A stretch of DNA of 64,000 nucleotides from Bdellovibrionales bacterium RIFOXYD12_FULL_39_22 (GTDB lineage: Bacteria; Bdellovibrionota; Bacteriovoracia; Bacteriovoracales; Bacteriovoracaceae), in NCBI GenBank assembly GCA_001770205.1, contig MEQL01000007.1, forward strand, positions 1-64,000, given 5' to 3'. Made by a program: the position numbers and the translations under genes. Position 1 is the first letter of the stretch. Every line of letters starts with the position of its first letter. Below are positions 29,586 to 38,233 of the stretch, in pieces. The notes under the pieces were generated by a model. The model searched no databases. It saw nothing but the letters and a program-made list of their open reading frames with translations, and had not been told where the DNA came from.

Positions 29586-31064
29586 TTAAATTTCGACACA
29601 CTGATCTGCACCGATATCTGGAGCAAGGCCATCGCGCAATTCATTATCAACATCTACTGCGTTGGTATCGATAACACTACCTGACTCACTAAGCTCAGGA
29701 ATGGAACAGGAGGCCAAATGGAGATTGCCGGAGGCCAAATTCGCAAACCAACTACTGCTGGCGGTAGTTACATTGGTAGTCAGTATACCACTAGCACTAT
29801 CTCTTCTCGCTATTGCTTTATTTGTTAGGTTATTCGAGATCGTTGCTCCCGTGGTAGTTGAAAAACGATACTCAATGGCGTTAGCGTAGGCATTAGAGTG
29901 CGAAAAGAATAGAGTATTATTGTAAATTTGCACGTCGGCTCCACCTTCAAGCATAATTCCCACATCGTGCTCTGATCCACCAGGATGAGAGGAGAAAATC
30001 ATATTGTTGCGAACAATTCCACCATGTATACGTAAAGTACTGCCAAGGCCCAATCCAATTCCTCTTGCGCAATTGACAATAGTATTTCTTTCAATAATAT
30101 GTCTGGTCCCCGCATCACTGTTCCACATGTGGATAGCATGCTCGGCCAGTCCACCAACGTAGGTAACGTAGGCAACATCAGTGCGTTTTTTTCCATGGAT
30201 GGGATGTCCTCCGCTACTTTCGCAATATATTCCTTCAAAATAGTTATCACTTATTTGCCAGCTATTGGTTGAGTGAGTGTCTATTCCTCCTGTGTAGCAA
30301 CGAGTTCCTCCATATTGCGTACCATATCCCCACACATTTTGCCGTCCGATTGGGGTCATTATAAATTTTGAACAGGTTACTGATCCGCCATTAATTCTAT
30401 TAGTATCACCCGGACTAGATTTTATAAATTGCTCGCCTCCATCTATTAAATGTACGTTGTGGATTTTAACATTATCGCTACCATTCCATAGGTGAATTAG
30501 ATGGAAGATCGATCTTTTGATCGTTATATCCGCAATAGTTATCGATTGGGCCGCAACAGTTATTGGAGCAGTTTCTCCTCCTAAGTCAGAATAAGATGCA
30601 TCAAGGATAACTTTCTCTGGATCTCCAGATGAGGATCGAATAGTAATTCCTGGTTTAGTTATGTAGATACCATTGTAATTACCGTTTTCAATAAAGGTGT
30701 AAGTTCCATCTGCCAGTAAAATAGTAGATCCTTCTTCTGCTGCAGAGATGACAGCACGCAAGGTCGTTTTAAGAGTACCATTATTGACGTATCCGGCGGT
30801 TGATGGAGAGAGTGTTATAATTTTCCCAGAATTGGTGGAGGTAACAATCTCCTCAGAGATTCCATGGCAAAAAGATTTAGATGTGCCGTTAGTTCCAACG
30901 TTCTCTTGATCATTTTCTTCATTGTTCACATCCACTTCTTCACCCTCTGATGTTGGTGGCATGGTTGAGAGTTCTTCTCCGATTTTGGTTGCCTCTTTGC
31001 AGCCAACAGTTGTTAAAATGGTGATGCCGGTAACTATAAGGACAATTAGCGTTAAGTTTTTCAT
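29586..31064 (-). CDS. right-handed parallel beta-helix lipoprotein
   Basis: Lipobox TVGC, ILLADGTY, repeated I.NN..F / GI.. units, C-terminal D..R..PDIGAD. Confidence 0.8.
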   Translation of the reverse strand: MKNLTLIVLIVTGITILTTVGCKEATKIGEELSTMPPTSEGEEVDVNNEENDQENVGTNGTSKSFCHGISEEIVTSTNSGKIITLSPSTAGYVNNGTLKTTLRAVISAAEEGSTILLADGTYTFIENGNYNGIYITKPGITIRSSSGDPEKVILDASYSDLGGETAPITVAAQSITIADITIKRSIFHLIHLWNGSDNVKIHNVHLIDGGEQFIKSSPGDTNRINGGSVTCSKFIMTPIGRQNVWGYGTQYGGTRCYTGGIDTHSTNSWQISDNYFEGIYCESSGGHPIHGKKRTDVAYVTYVGGLAEHAIHMWNSDAGTRHIIERNTIVNCARGIGLGLGSTLRIHGGIVRNNMIFSSHPGGSEHDVGIMLEGGADVQIYNNTLFFSHSNAYANAIEYRFSTTTGATISNNLTNKAIARRDSASGILTTNVTTASSSWFANLASGNLHLASCSIPELSESGSVIDTNAVDVDNELRDGLAPDIGADQCVEI

Positions 31065-31274
31065 ACCTTTTCTCCCGAGGGATATATAGGAACATTTTAG
31101 TCGCTATGGTAATTATAGATCGGCGCTTAAGTAGCTCTTAGGATTTTATGAAAAATCAAAATAAAATAGAAAAACCCTAAAAATATCAGCTAGATATCAA
31201 TGCTGGTCAGATGGCGAGGATTGTTGTGTGCTGCCAACAAATGTGGGCATACAAATCTGGAGAATGATCAAAAA

Positions 31275-32606
31275 CTATAACAAAATACCGCTAAGAAATA
31301 ATTTGGCAGCAGAAAAATAGATCACCAAACCAGTCACATCAACAATTGTTGCTACAAAGGGGGCGGAGGCCACTGCCGGGTCTAGCTTAAAACGTTTTAA
31401 GATAAAGGGCAGCATTGAACCGGTAAGTGTTCCCAACATAACAACCCCAATTAGACTAACTCCGACAGTTAGAGAAACTAGTCCATAGTGGTGGCCATAG
31501 AGCGATTCCTTGTTAGGCCAAAAGAATACCCGCATTATTCCTATTATTCCTAAAAAAAGTCCCAGCAAAAGGCCGGAAAAGGTTTCTCGAACAAAGACTC
31601 TCCACCAATCTTTTAGTCTTACTTCATCCAAGGCCAATGCGCGCACGATAAGAGTAGAGGCCTGAGATCCTGAGTTTCCGCCACTACTGATGATAAGAGG
31701 GATGAATAGGGCCAATAAAACGGCCTTGGCAATTTGATCTTCAAAGTGAGTCATGGCCGAAGCGGTAAGTGTCTCTCCCGCAAAAAGAACCACTAGCCAA
31801 CCTGCGCGTTTTTTGAACATTTCGAAAAAATGTACTTTAAGATATGGTTCCTCTAAGGCCTCCATACCTCCGATTTTTTGAAAGTCTTCAGTGGCCTCCT
31901 CTTCTAATACATCCACCACGTCATCAATGGTAATAACCCCTTTCATTTTTCCAGAATCGTCGACAACCGGTAAGGCCAGATGTTCTGTTTCCGCAAAAAT
32001 TTTTGCCATCTCTTCTTGTTCAATATTTTCGGGAATAGTGATTAAGTTTGGCCGCATCGTCATGATGTTATTAATTGACTCATTTCCTTTGGCGGTGAAA
32101 AGCTCACGCAAGGTGAGTGCTCCCACGAGAATTTGATTACTATCAATGACGTAGGCATAGTAGATTGTTTCTAAATTTGCCTGGGTTTGGGCGCGAAGAT
32201 ATTTGAGCGCCTCTTCCACAGTCATGTCTGCCCGAAGACGAGCGTAGCGGGAGTTCATTAATCCTCCAGCAACATCCTCCTTATAGGCCAATAGGGCATT
32301 AACCTCTGTCTTGGTCCAGTTATCCAAAGAAGTGATAAGTTCATTTTTTTCTTCTGGCGATAATTCTTGTAGGAGGTCAACCAGATCATCAAGTGGTAAT
32401 AACTTGGCCAGTGAAGTTCGAAATTTAGGAGGAAGAAAAGTGAAAACATGCGCTTGATCAGTGGAAGAGAGGCAGAGAAAAAACTCTTGCGCCGTTATTT
32501 TGTCCAATGCTAAAAAATGTTCCTCATACTCTTTAGGAGAAAGGGCCTTCCAAGATTCAATAAGCTCATCAACACGTTGATCTAGGCCATCGGCGTCACT
32601 GACCAT
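31275..32606 (-). CDS. mgtE: magnesium transporter MgtE
   Basis: AGGLM CBS pair, KRAGWL, GGNSGSQ, DPAVASAPFVATIVD. Confidence 0.95.
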   Translation of the reverse strand: MVSDADGLDQRVDELIESWKALSPKEYEEHFLALDKITAQEFFLCLSSTDQAHVFTFLPPKFRTSLAKLLPLDDLVDLLQELSPEEKNELITSLDNWTKTEVNALLAYKEDVAGGLMNSRYARLRADMTVEEALKYLRAQTQANLETIYYAYVIDSNQILVGALTLRELFTAKGNESINNIMTMRPNLITIPENIEQEEMAKIFAETEHLALPVVDDSGKMKGVITIDDVVDVLEEEATEDFQKIGGMEALEEPYLKVHFFEMFKKRAGWLVVLFAGETLTASAMTHFEDQIAKAVLLALFIPLIISSGGNSGSQASTLIVRALALDEVRLKDWWRVFVRETFSGLLLGLFLGIIGIMRVFFWPNKESLYGHHYGLVSLTVGVSLIGVVMLGTLTGSMLPFILKRFKLDPAVASAPFVATIVDVTGLVIYFSAAKLFLSGILL

Positions 32607-32722
32607 ACCCGACTCCTTATTTTCTTTAGACAAAATAACAAAGGTAAGCTGGTTATATAAGAGATAAAAAATAAGTCAATAGGACATTTTAAAATTATAG
32701 AATCATAGGAAAAATTACTATG

Positions 32723-33124
32723 TCACGGCAAAGGCCCTAAAAACTTTTTTAATAGAGAGGATAGTTCTTCGAGCACAAGCGGTTTTGGGAGTGCCCCTTT
32801 AAATCCATATTGGGAAAAATTACGCATTATTGGGGAATAATCGTCTCCACTAGATACTATTGCCGTAATTTGGGGATTGAGAGATAGCAGTTTTTTGATT
32901 GTCTCGACACCTCCCATCCCATTATTAACATATAAGTCCAAAATGGCCAAAGCATAGGGTGCATTATTGGCCAACGCCTCTTGGTATTTGGCAATGGCCT
33001 CCTCTCCATTTTTAACAATTTCAACGTCAAATCCTAGTCCGGTAATAACTCGCTTGGCGATGATTTGCACCAGTTCTTCATCGTCCATGAATAGGATTGT
33101 CTGTTTTTGTTTGTTTTGGGCCAT
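32723..33124 (-). CDS. single-domain response regulator
   Basis: ILFMDDE, AILDL....MGG, VSSG, LPKP. Confidence 0.88.
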   Translation of the reverse strand: MAQNKQKQTILFMDDEELVQIIAKRVITGLGFDVEIVKNGEEAIAKYQEALANNAPYALAILDLYVNNGMGGVETIKKLLSLNPQITAIVSSGDDYSPIMRNFSQYGFKGALPKPLVLEELSSLLKKFLGPLP

Positions 33125-33213
33125 AAACTAATTATCTTCAATGGTAATTGCTCATTGACAAAAAATATAGACTCAATCACTCTTAGAGTACAAAAAACAT
33201 CCAAGGAGTTACT

Positions 33214-33543
33214 ATGGCCGCTAATTATGGGGATCTCGAAAGAGCAGAGGAAGAGATAAATAGTTTTCTTATGGACGTTGATGCTGAGCTGATCCCATCG
33301 AGAATTAGCTTGGCCGATAAAATTGACCTACTTATTGAAGAGTGTCAGTCACTTTTTTTTGAGAATATGATTTTCAATATAGCTATGGAGCATAAATTAG
33401 AAATAAACGATATCGAATATCTTTCTGAACTAATGCAAGATGCTGCCGAGGACGGAGGCGAGGATTTTGAAGTTTCAGAGGAAGGATTGCAATCCATTAT
33501 CGAACAAGTGCGCAAGAAGAAAAAAGTGGATAACAAACATTAA
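33214..33543 (+). CDS. acidic hypothetical protein
   Basis: 109-aa ORF with AAGGAG RBS; fills the intergenic space. Confidence 0.7.
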   Translation: MAANYGDLERAEEEINSFLMDVDAELIPSRISLADKIDLLIEECQSLFFENMIFNIAMEHKLEINDIEYLSELMQDAAEDGGEDFEVSEEGLQSIIEQVRKKKKVDNKH

Positions 33544-33555
33544 TATTATGCTTGT

Positions 33556-34218
33556 CTAGCACAGATTAATTACTGCACGAACACAGGCCTCAATACCTTC
33601 TGCTAGCTCATGTATGCGAGAGTTGCCATGCATATAGGCAGGAGTTGTTACGATCTTTAAATTTTTGTCAACATGCACTTCGGTAACTTTTTTTATAAAA
33701 TGCTTGGCCCCCATTTTTTCAACAGTGGCAATGGTGTCAGGGTCATCTCCAACAGTCACTTCCACGCCTTTATTGCCAAAAACTAAGGATAAAATGGCCG
33801 GAGAGATACAAATGCCGCCGATTGGTTTTTTTGCTTCATGTATTTTTAGCAGCAGGTTTTTTACCGAAGGAATTACCTCCGCATTGGCCCCGGCAAAAGC
33901 AAAATTACATAAGTTTTTTGCTGCACCAAAACCACCAGGCAGAACTAGAGCGTCTAGTTGATTATGATCAATTTTGGCAAGATCTTCTATTTTTCCTCTG
34001 GCGATTCGCGCAGATTCGACGAGAATGTTTCTTGGCCTTGCTTGGGCATCTTCTTTTTTACTGAGATGATCAATCACATGATGCTGATTGGCATTTGGCG
34101 CTATAATTATTGCCTGAGCGTTTAGCTTGTCTATTGCCAGTAAGGTGAGCACCGCTTCTGTAATTTCGCTACCATCAATATGCCCACAGCCGGCCAAAAT
34201 AACACCAATTTTTTTCAT
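33556..34218 (-). CDS. elbB: glyoxalase ElbB (ES1/DJ-1 family)
   Basis: GCGHIDGSEI.E, ESARIARG, PGGFGAAKNL, CISP, TTPAYM. Confidence 0.93.
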   Translation of the reverse strand: MKKIGVILAGCGHIDGSEITEAVLTLLAIDKLNAQAIIIAPNANQHHVIDHLSKKEDAQARPRNILVESARIARGKIEDLAKIDHNQLDALVLPGGFGAAKNLCNFAFAGANAEVIPSVKNLLLKIHEAKKPIGGICISPAILSLVFGNKGVEVTVGDDPDTIATVEKMGAKHFIKKVTEVHVDKNLKIVTTPAYMHGNSRIHELAEGIEACVRAVINLC

Positions 34219-34353
34219 ATATTGCACTCCCTTTTTCTTCTTCGTTTGTAGCGGTCTGACGATTTTATTATGGCCGATTATATAGCATAAAAATTAATTT
34301 TTCATCGTATTCTTCCGAGAGGGAGTAGAAATTGTTCTTTTATTGGGGGAGTT

Positions 34354-34863
34354 ATGAAGTTTAAAGTCATAGAGCGTCGCCAGATATTGCTTGTTAATCC
34401 CAAATTCCAATTAAGATTTATCGGGTATATGACAGTTGGATCTTTTTTTTCGTTACTGGTCTTTTACTTTTCAGACATCTATTTTTTTTACTCTTTAATG
34501 CAACATGGAAAAGATTTTAATCTACCGCCTGATCATATTTACTTCCACTTGATAGCACAGCAACAGGGATTGATGCATAATATTTTTTGGGTAAGTCGTT
34601 TGGTTATTTTTGCGTTTTTTATTCTTTCAGGACTCTATCTCTCGCATCGGATTGCCGGCCCACTATATAATTTAACCAGGCACCTAAAAAAACTGGCCCA
34701 AGGGGAGCAGGTTCGTCGTCTGAGCTTTAGAAGGAGGGATTTTTTTCAAGAAATTCCAATGGCCCTAAATGATTACGTTGATTCTTTGCACCAATTGGAA
34801 GTGCGTGAGGATCATGATAATAAGCACCATGAGAGTGATGAAGCAGATAGAATTGCCAGCTAA
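34354..34863 (+). CDS. two-TM HAMP-like membrane protein
   Basis: RR..LVNPKFQ, two TMs, SHRIAGPLY...FRRRDFFQE. Confidence 0.75.
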   Translation: MKFKVIERRQILLVNPKFQLRFIGYMTVGSFFSLLVFYFSDIYFFYSLMQHGKDFNLPPDHIYFHLIAQQQGLMHNIFWVSRLVIFAFFILSGLYLSHRIAGPLYNLTRHLKKLAQGEQVRRLSFRRRDFFQEIPMALNDYVDSLHQLEVREDHDNKHHESDEADRIAS

Positions 34864-35711
34864 TGGTTGTTTTCTTTTAGTCTTTGATTTAGTTCTTTAA
34901 GAGATTGTTTCCAGTTTTTTTTTGCATTGCCGCTTGCTGTGTCCCCTTCACCTGTCTCATCTTCTTCGTTTATATTTTGGACTTTTTTTAGTTCGTTAGC
35001 ACTTTTCATAAAATCTAAAAAAGTTTTTCGGTCTTCGCTAGATAGCATCGCAAAAAGTGATTCATCCATAATATCCTTTCGCTCCTCTAGTCCCTTATTT
35101 TGCTTGTCGACAACAGAAATAAAATGCTCTTTGGGTAACATGGTGGTTATTTTTTTTGTGGCAGAATTGTTAATGTCAATTTCTCCCTTTAGTAGCGCAA
35201 TTTGAACAATTTTTTCTAAGTCCTTATTAGTTCGCATGTTGGCCAAAAGTTCAGTGCCGCGAATGCCCATGGAAACATTATCACCAACTTCAATTTTAAT
35301 TTCTCCAGGACGAGATTTATTTGGAAAGTTTGCGCGTAATTGTCCGGAGACAAATTTATAGATGGTTTTTCGTTCTTTTTCTTTGGTAGTTGATGATTCG
35401 GTGAATTGAAAAATTGATTTTGGGCCAATAGTGAAGACGCTATCATCAATAAGATTCATCTTAATCTTAACGATGGTGGCCTCGGCGGTTTTAACGCTAT
35501 CCCCGGCCATTATTTTATCCTGTAGTCTAAGTGGTTCTTCTGCATTATTTGCATTAATGCGGATGGCCTCACCACGTATAAGCACAACTTTACCAAGATA
35601 AGTAGGAATCGCTGTTGCGGTGTTAGGGTCTAGTTTAAAATCTTGGGCGTAGTTTATATTGGAAAAAAAAACGATGACAAAAAAGACGACAATCGTGAAT
35701 TCCTTTTTCAT
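34860..35711 (-). CDS. exported FecR-domain protein
   Basis: Signal peptide, GDSVKT, MGIRGTE, ALLKGEI. Confidence 0.8.
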   Translation of the reverse strand: MKKEFTIVVFFVIVFFSNINYAQDFKLDPNTATAIPTYLGKVVLIRGEAIRINANNAEEPLRLQDKIMAGDSVKTAEATIVKIKMNLIDDSVFTIGPKSIFQFTESSTTKEKERKTIYKFVSGQLRANFPNKSRPGEIKIEVGDNVSMGIRGTELLANMRTNKDLEKIVQIALLKGEIDINNSATKKITTMLPKEHFISVVDKQNKGLEERKDIMDESLFAMLSSEDRKTFLDFMKSANELKKVQNINEEDETGEGDTASGNAKKNWKQSLKELNQRLKENNH

Positions 35712-35822
35712 AAAACTATCCTTAATCACTGATAACGATTTTTTTTAATATACAAACAATGATTAAGGATATTATTTATAAAGTCAAATTAGGTGATAAT
35801 TTTGATGATTTGAACAAGGCGA

Positions 35823-36137
35823 CTAGAACCCATCTGGGGCACGAGTTATTTCCATTAAATCAAAGGAACCCGGGGCCTTTTTGATGAGAACCGATTCTAT
35901 TTCTTCCGCATAGATAATTTCTCCAGAAAGAAGGGCCACTTGATCCATTCCTTCTAATTCTTTTATCGTAGCGCATTCTCCGCTTTCCAACTTTGCTGAT
36001 AGAATGTCTCCGTCATAAGTTTTAATTGCGGCCACTTTACTCTCCTCGCTCCAAGGAGATTGTTCATGAATTTTGGCACTAAGCGAAGTTGAGAGTATAG
36101 TCGCGGTTACTAGGGCAAGAAGGTAAATTTTTTTCAT
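35823..36137 (-). CDS. small exported hypothetical protein
   Basis: MKKIYLLALV signal peptide; AAGGA RBS. Confidence 0.7.
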   Translation of the reverse strand: MKKIYLLALVTATILSTSLSAKIHEQSPWSEESKVAAIKTYDGDILSAKLESGECATIKELEGMDQVALLSGEIIYAEEIESVLIKKAPGSFDLMEITRAPDGF

Positions 36138-36230
36138 AAAAAGATCCTTTTAAGTTATAAAGCATTACTTTCCTTAGTAATCATCTGTTAGAACTCAACT
36201 CCATTTCGAGTTCGTTACTGTAGTTCGTAG

Positions 36231-36246
36231 TTCAATTGTTATGCCA
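36231..36246 (-). promoter_or_regulatory. candidate sigma54 promoter for 35823-36137
   Basis: TGGCATA-N4-TTGAA versus TGGCACG-N4-TTGC; the -12 C is mismatched. Confidence 0.35.
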
Positions 36247-36329
36247 GAAGAGAGTGCTGATAACTTATCGTTTTGACAGTTTTTGTTAGTAAAACAAAAA
36301 GATCGCTTTGGCCTCAGTGCGTTTTGTCA

Positions 36330-37379
36330 CTAGCGGACTGACGCTTGACGAATTAAGGTTGCCGCAATGGTGTCTAGGGGGCAAACCGCAGAATGGGCCC
36401 CAATCTCGATAGTAACTCTGGGCATACCAAATACTATTGATGTTTTTTCATCTTGGGCAATATTAAACGCCCCTTTTTGCTTCATTTGTAACATTCCTGC
36501 AGAACCATCTTTTCCCATACCTGTGAGAATAACCCCAATGGCATATTTTCCTGCGGCCTGGGCAACAGAAGTGAATAGGACATCTACGGAAGGGCAGTGG
36601 CCAGAAACTTTTTCTCCCTCAAAACATTTAACGTGATAATCTCCCGGCCGCCCGTGTACCGCCATTTGAAAACCACCTGGAGCAACTAAGACCTTCCCGG
36701 GCATTACGCGATCACCGTCTTGCGCCTCCACCACGTGGAGATCGCATTGGTCGTTAAGAGTTTGAGCATAACTTTTAGTATAACCGGCCGGCATGTGCTG
36801 TGTTATTACAATGCCGGGCATATTATGGGGAAGGCCACTTAAAATGCGTTTTGTGGTCTCTAGTCCGCCAGTGGACACGCCAATAGCAATAATTTTATTT
36901 CCATCAACATTGGATAAGGCCTCTGGTTTTATCGCTGGTGTATTTTGCCGCTGTTGCATGAGATGGATAATATCAACATGAGCAGCAATTTTAATTTTTT
37001 CTCTTAACTCATCCATTACATCATCTAGTCCCCCTATGATATCTCCTTTGGGTTTACTAATAAAATCCACCGCACCCAGCTCAAGGGATTTCATAGTAAT
37101 ACTACTTCCTTTTTTGGTTAGAGAGCTAACCATTACTACGGGGATCGGATATTGAGGTAGTAGTTGTCGAAGAAAATCTACTCCAGTCATTTTGGGCATC
37201 TCTATATCCAGCGTCAGAACATCTGGACGAAGCTCTAGAATTTTATCTTTAGCATCAAAAGGATCTTTTGCCGTACCAATTACTTCTATTTCCGGATCGT
37301 CCTGTAACTGTTTTTGGATGATGTGTCTTACTACAGAGGAGTCGTCAATAACTAAAACTTTAATCTTATGCTGGGCCAT
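36330..37379 (-). CDS. cheB: chemotaxis methylesterase/response regulator CheB
   Basis: REC domain; GVSTGG, QHMP, PSVDVLF, GMGKDG. Confidence 0.97.
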   Translation of the reverse strand: MAQHKIKVLVIDDSSVVRHIIQKQLQDDPEIEVIGTAKDPFDAKDKILELRPDVLTLDIEMPKMTGVDFLRQLLPQYPIPVVMVSSLTKKGSSITMKSLELGAVDFISKPKGDIIGGLDDVMDELREKIKIAAHVDIIHLMQQRQNTPAIKPEALSNVDGNKIIAIGVSTGGLETTKRILSGLPHNMPGIVITQHMPAGYTKSYAQTLNDQCDLHVVEAQDGDRVMPGKVLVAPGGFQMAVHGRPGDYHVKCFEGEKVSGHCPSVDVLFTSVAQAAGKYAIGVILTGMGKDGSAGMLQMKQKGAFNIAQDEKTSIVFGMPRVTIEIGAHSAVCPLDTIAATLIRQASVR

Positions 37380-37387
37380 GCTTGCTC

Positions 37388-38215
37388 CTATTTTTTTCGA
37401 TATATTCCTGGCGCAATATATTCAAAAAGAGAATTTTTCCTTCCGAGTGTTTCGGTATTGCTTATGAATAGATATCCATTCGTTTCTAAATTTTTATAAA
37501 TATTTTCTACAACATGATTAATCATTTCGAGATCAAAATAAATCATAACATTGCGACAAAATATAATGTGAAACCGTTGTTTAAATGGATATGTTTTGGT
37601 TTTTAAATTAAATTTTCTAAAAGTTACTTCTTTGGCAAGAGAGGCCTTTATTTTATAGGTGTAGTCGTTGATAGGAGAAAAGTATTTTTTTATGGCGTCT
37701 TTTTTTAAATAAATCATTCGGTCGGAGGGATATATACCTGCGATGGCCTCTTCTAGGGCCGTGGTCGAGAGATCTGTGGCCAGAACTCCAGATCTCCAGT
37801 TACTGTAATCCATATCTAGATAGTCTCTAATTGTCATGGCCAGAGAATATGCCTCTTCCCCAGAAGAACAGGCCGCACACCAAATTCGCAAATCCAGAGA
37901 ATTCTTTTGTCGCAATTCTCTAACTAGAGGTGGATAAACATTTTTTAGAAGAAAATCAAAATGAGGTTCTTCCCTATTAAAATAGGTGAAATTAGTGGTG
38001 ACGGCGTTAGCGATATCGTTAATTATTCCGTGGGTAGTATCTGAATCAACTTTTAAAAACAGTTCATGAGCATTAATGCAGTTGTGTTTTGCTAGCAGAG
38101 GACGAATTCGTTCTTCTACGGTAACAGCTTTGTCGGGACGTATATATATTCCGAAATAATTTTTTATTAGTTGTTCTAATGTTTGCAAAATAGGATTATT
38201 TAAATGATTAATAAT
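37388..38215 (-). CDS. cheR: chemotaxis methyltransferase CheR (start possibly ATT at 38215)
   Basis: TTNFTYFNRE, IWCAACSSGEE, ATDLS, IFCRNVMIYF. Confidence 0.95.
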   Translation of the reverse strand: MINHLNNPILQTLEQLIKNYFGIYIRPDKAVTVEERIRPLLAKHNCINAHELFLKVDSDTTHGIINDIANAVTTNFTYFNREEPHFDFLLKNVYPPLVRELRQKNSLDLRIWCAACSSGEEAYSLAMTIRDYLDMDYSNWRSGVLATDLSTTALEEAIAGIYPSDRMIYLKKDAIKKYFSPINDYTYKIKASLAKEVTFRKFNLKTKTYPFKQRFHIIFCRNVMIYFDLEMINHVVENIYKNLETNGYLFISNTETLGRKNSLFEYIAPGIYRKK

Positions 38216-38233
38216 TTTTTACTCCATCACTAA

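Noticed and set aside
36160..36215. Small hairpins in the leader as a fluoride or other riboswitch
   Set aside because: Only fragments of the consensus are present, and the downstream gene is not a typical target.
36252..36260. GAGTGCTGA CIRCE half-site
   Set aside because: No matching TTAGCACTC arm and no chaperone gene adjacent.
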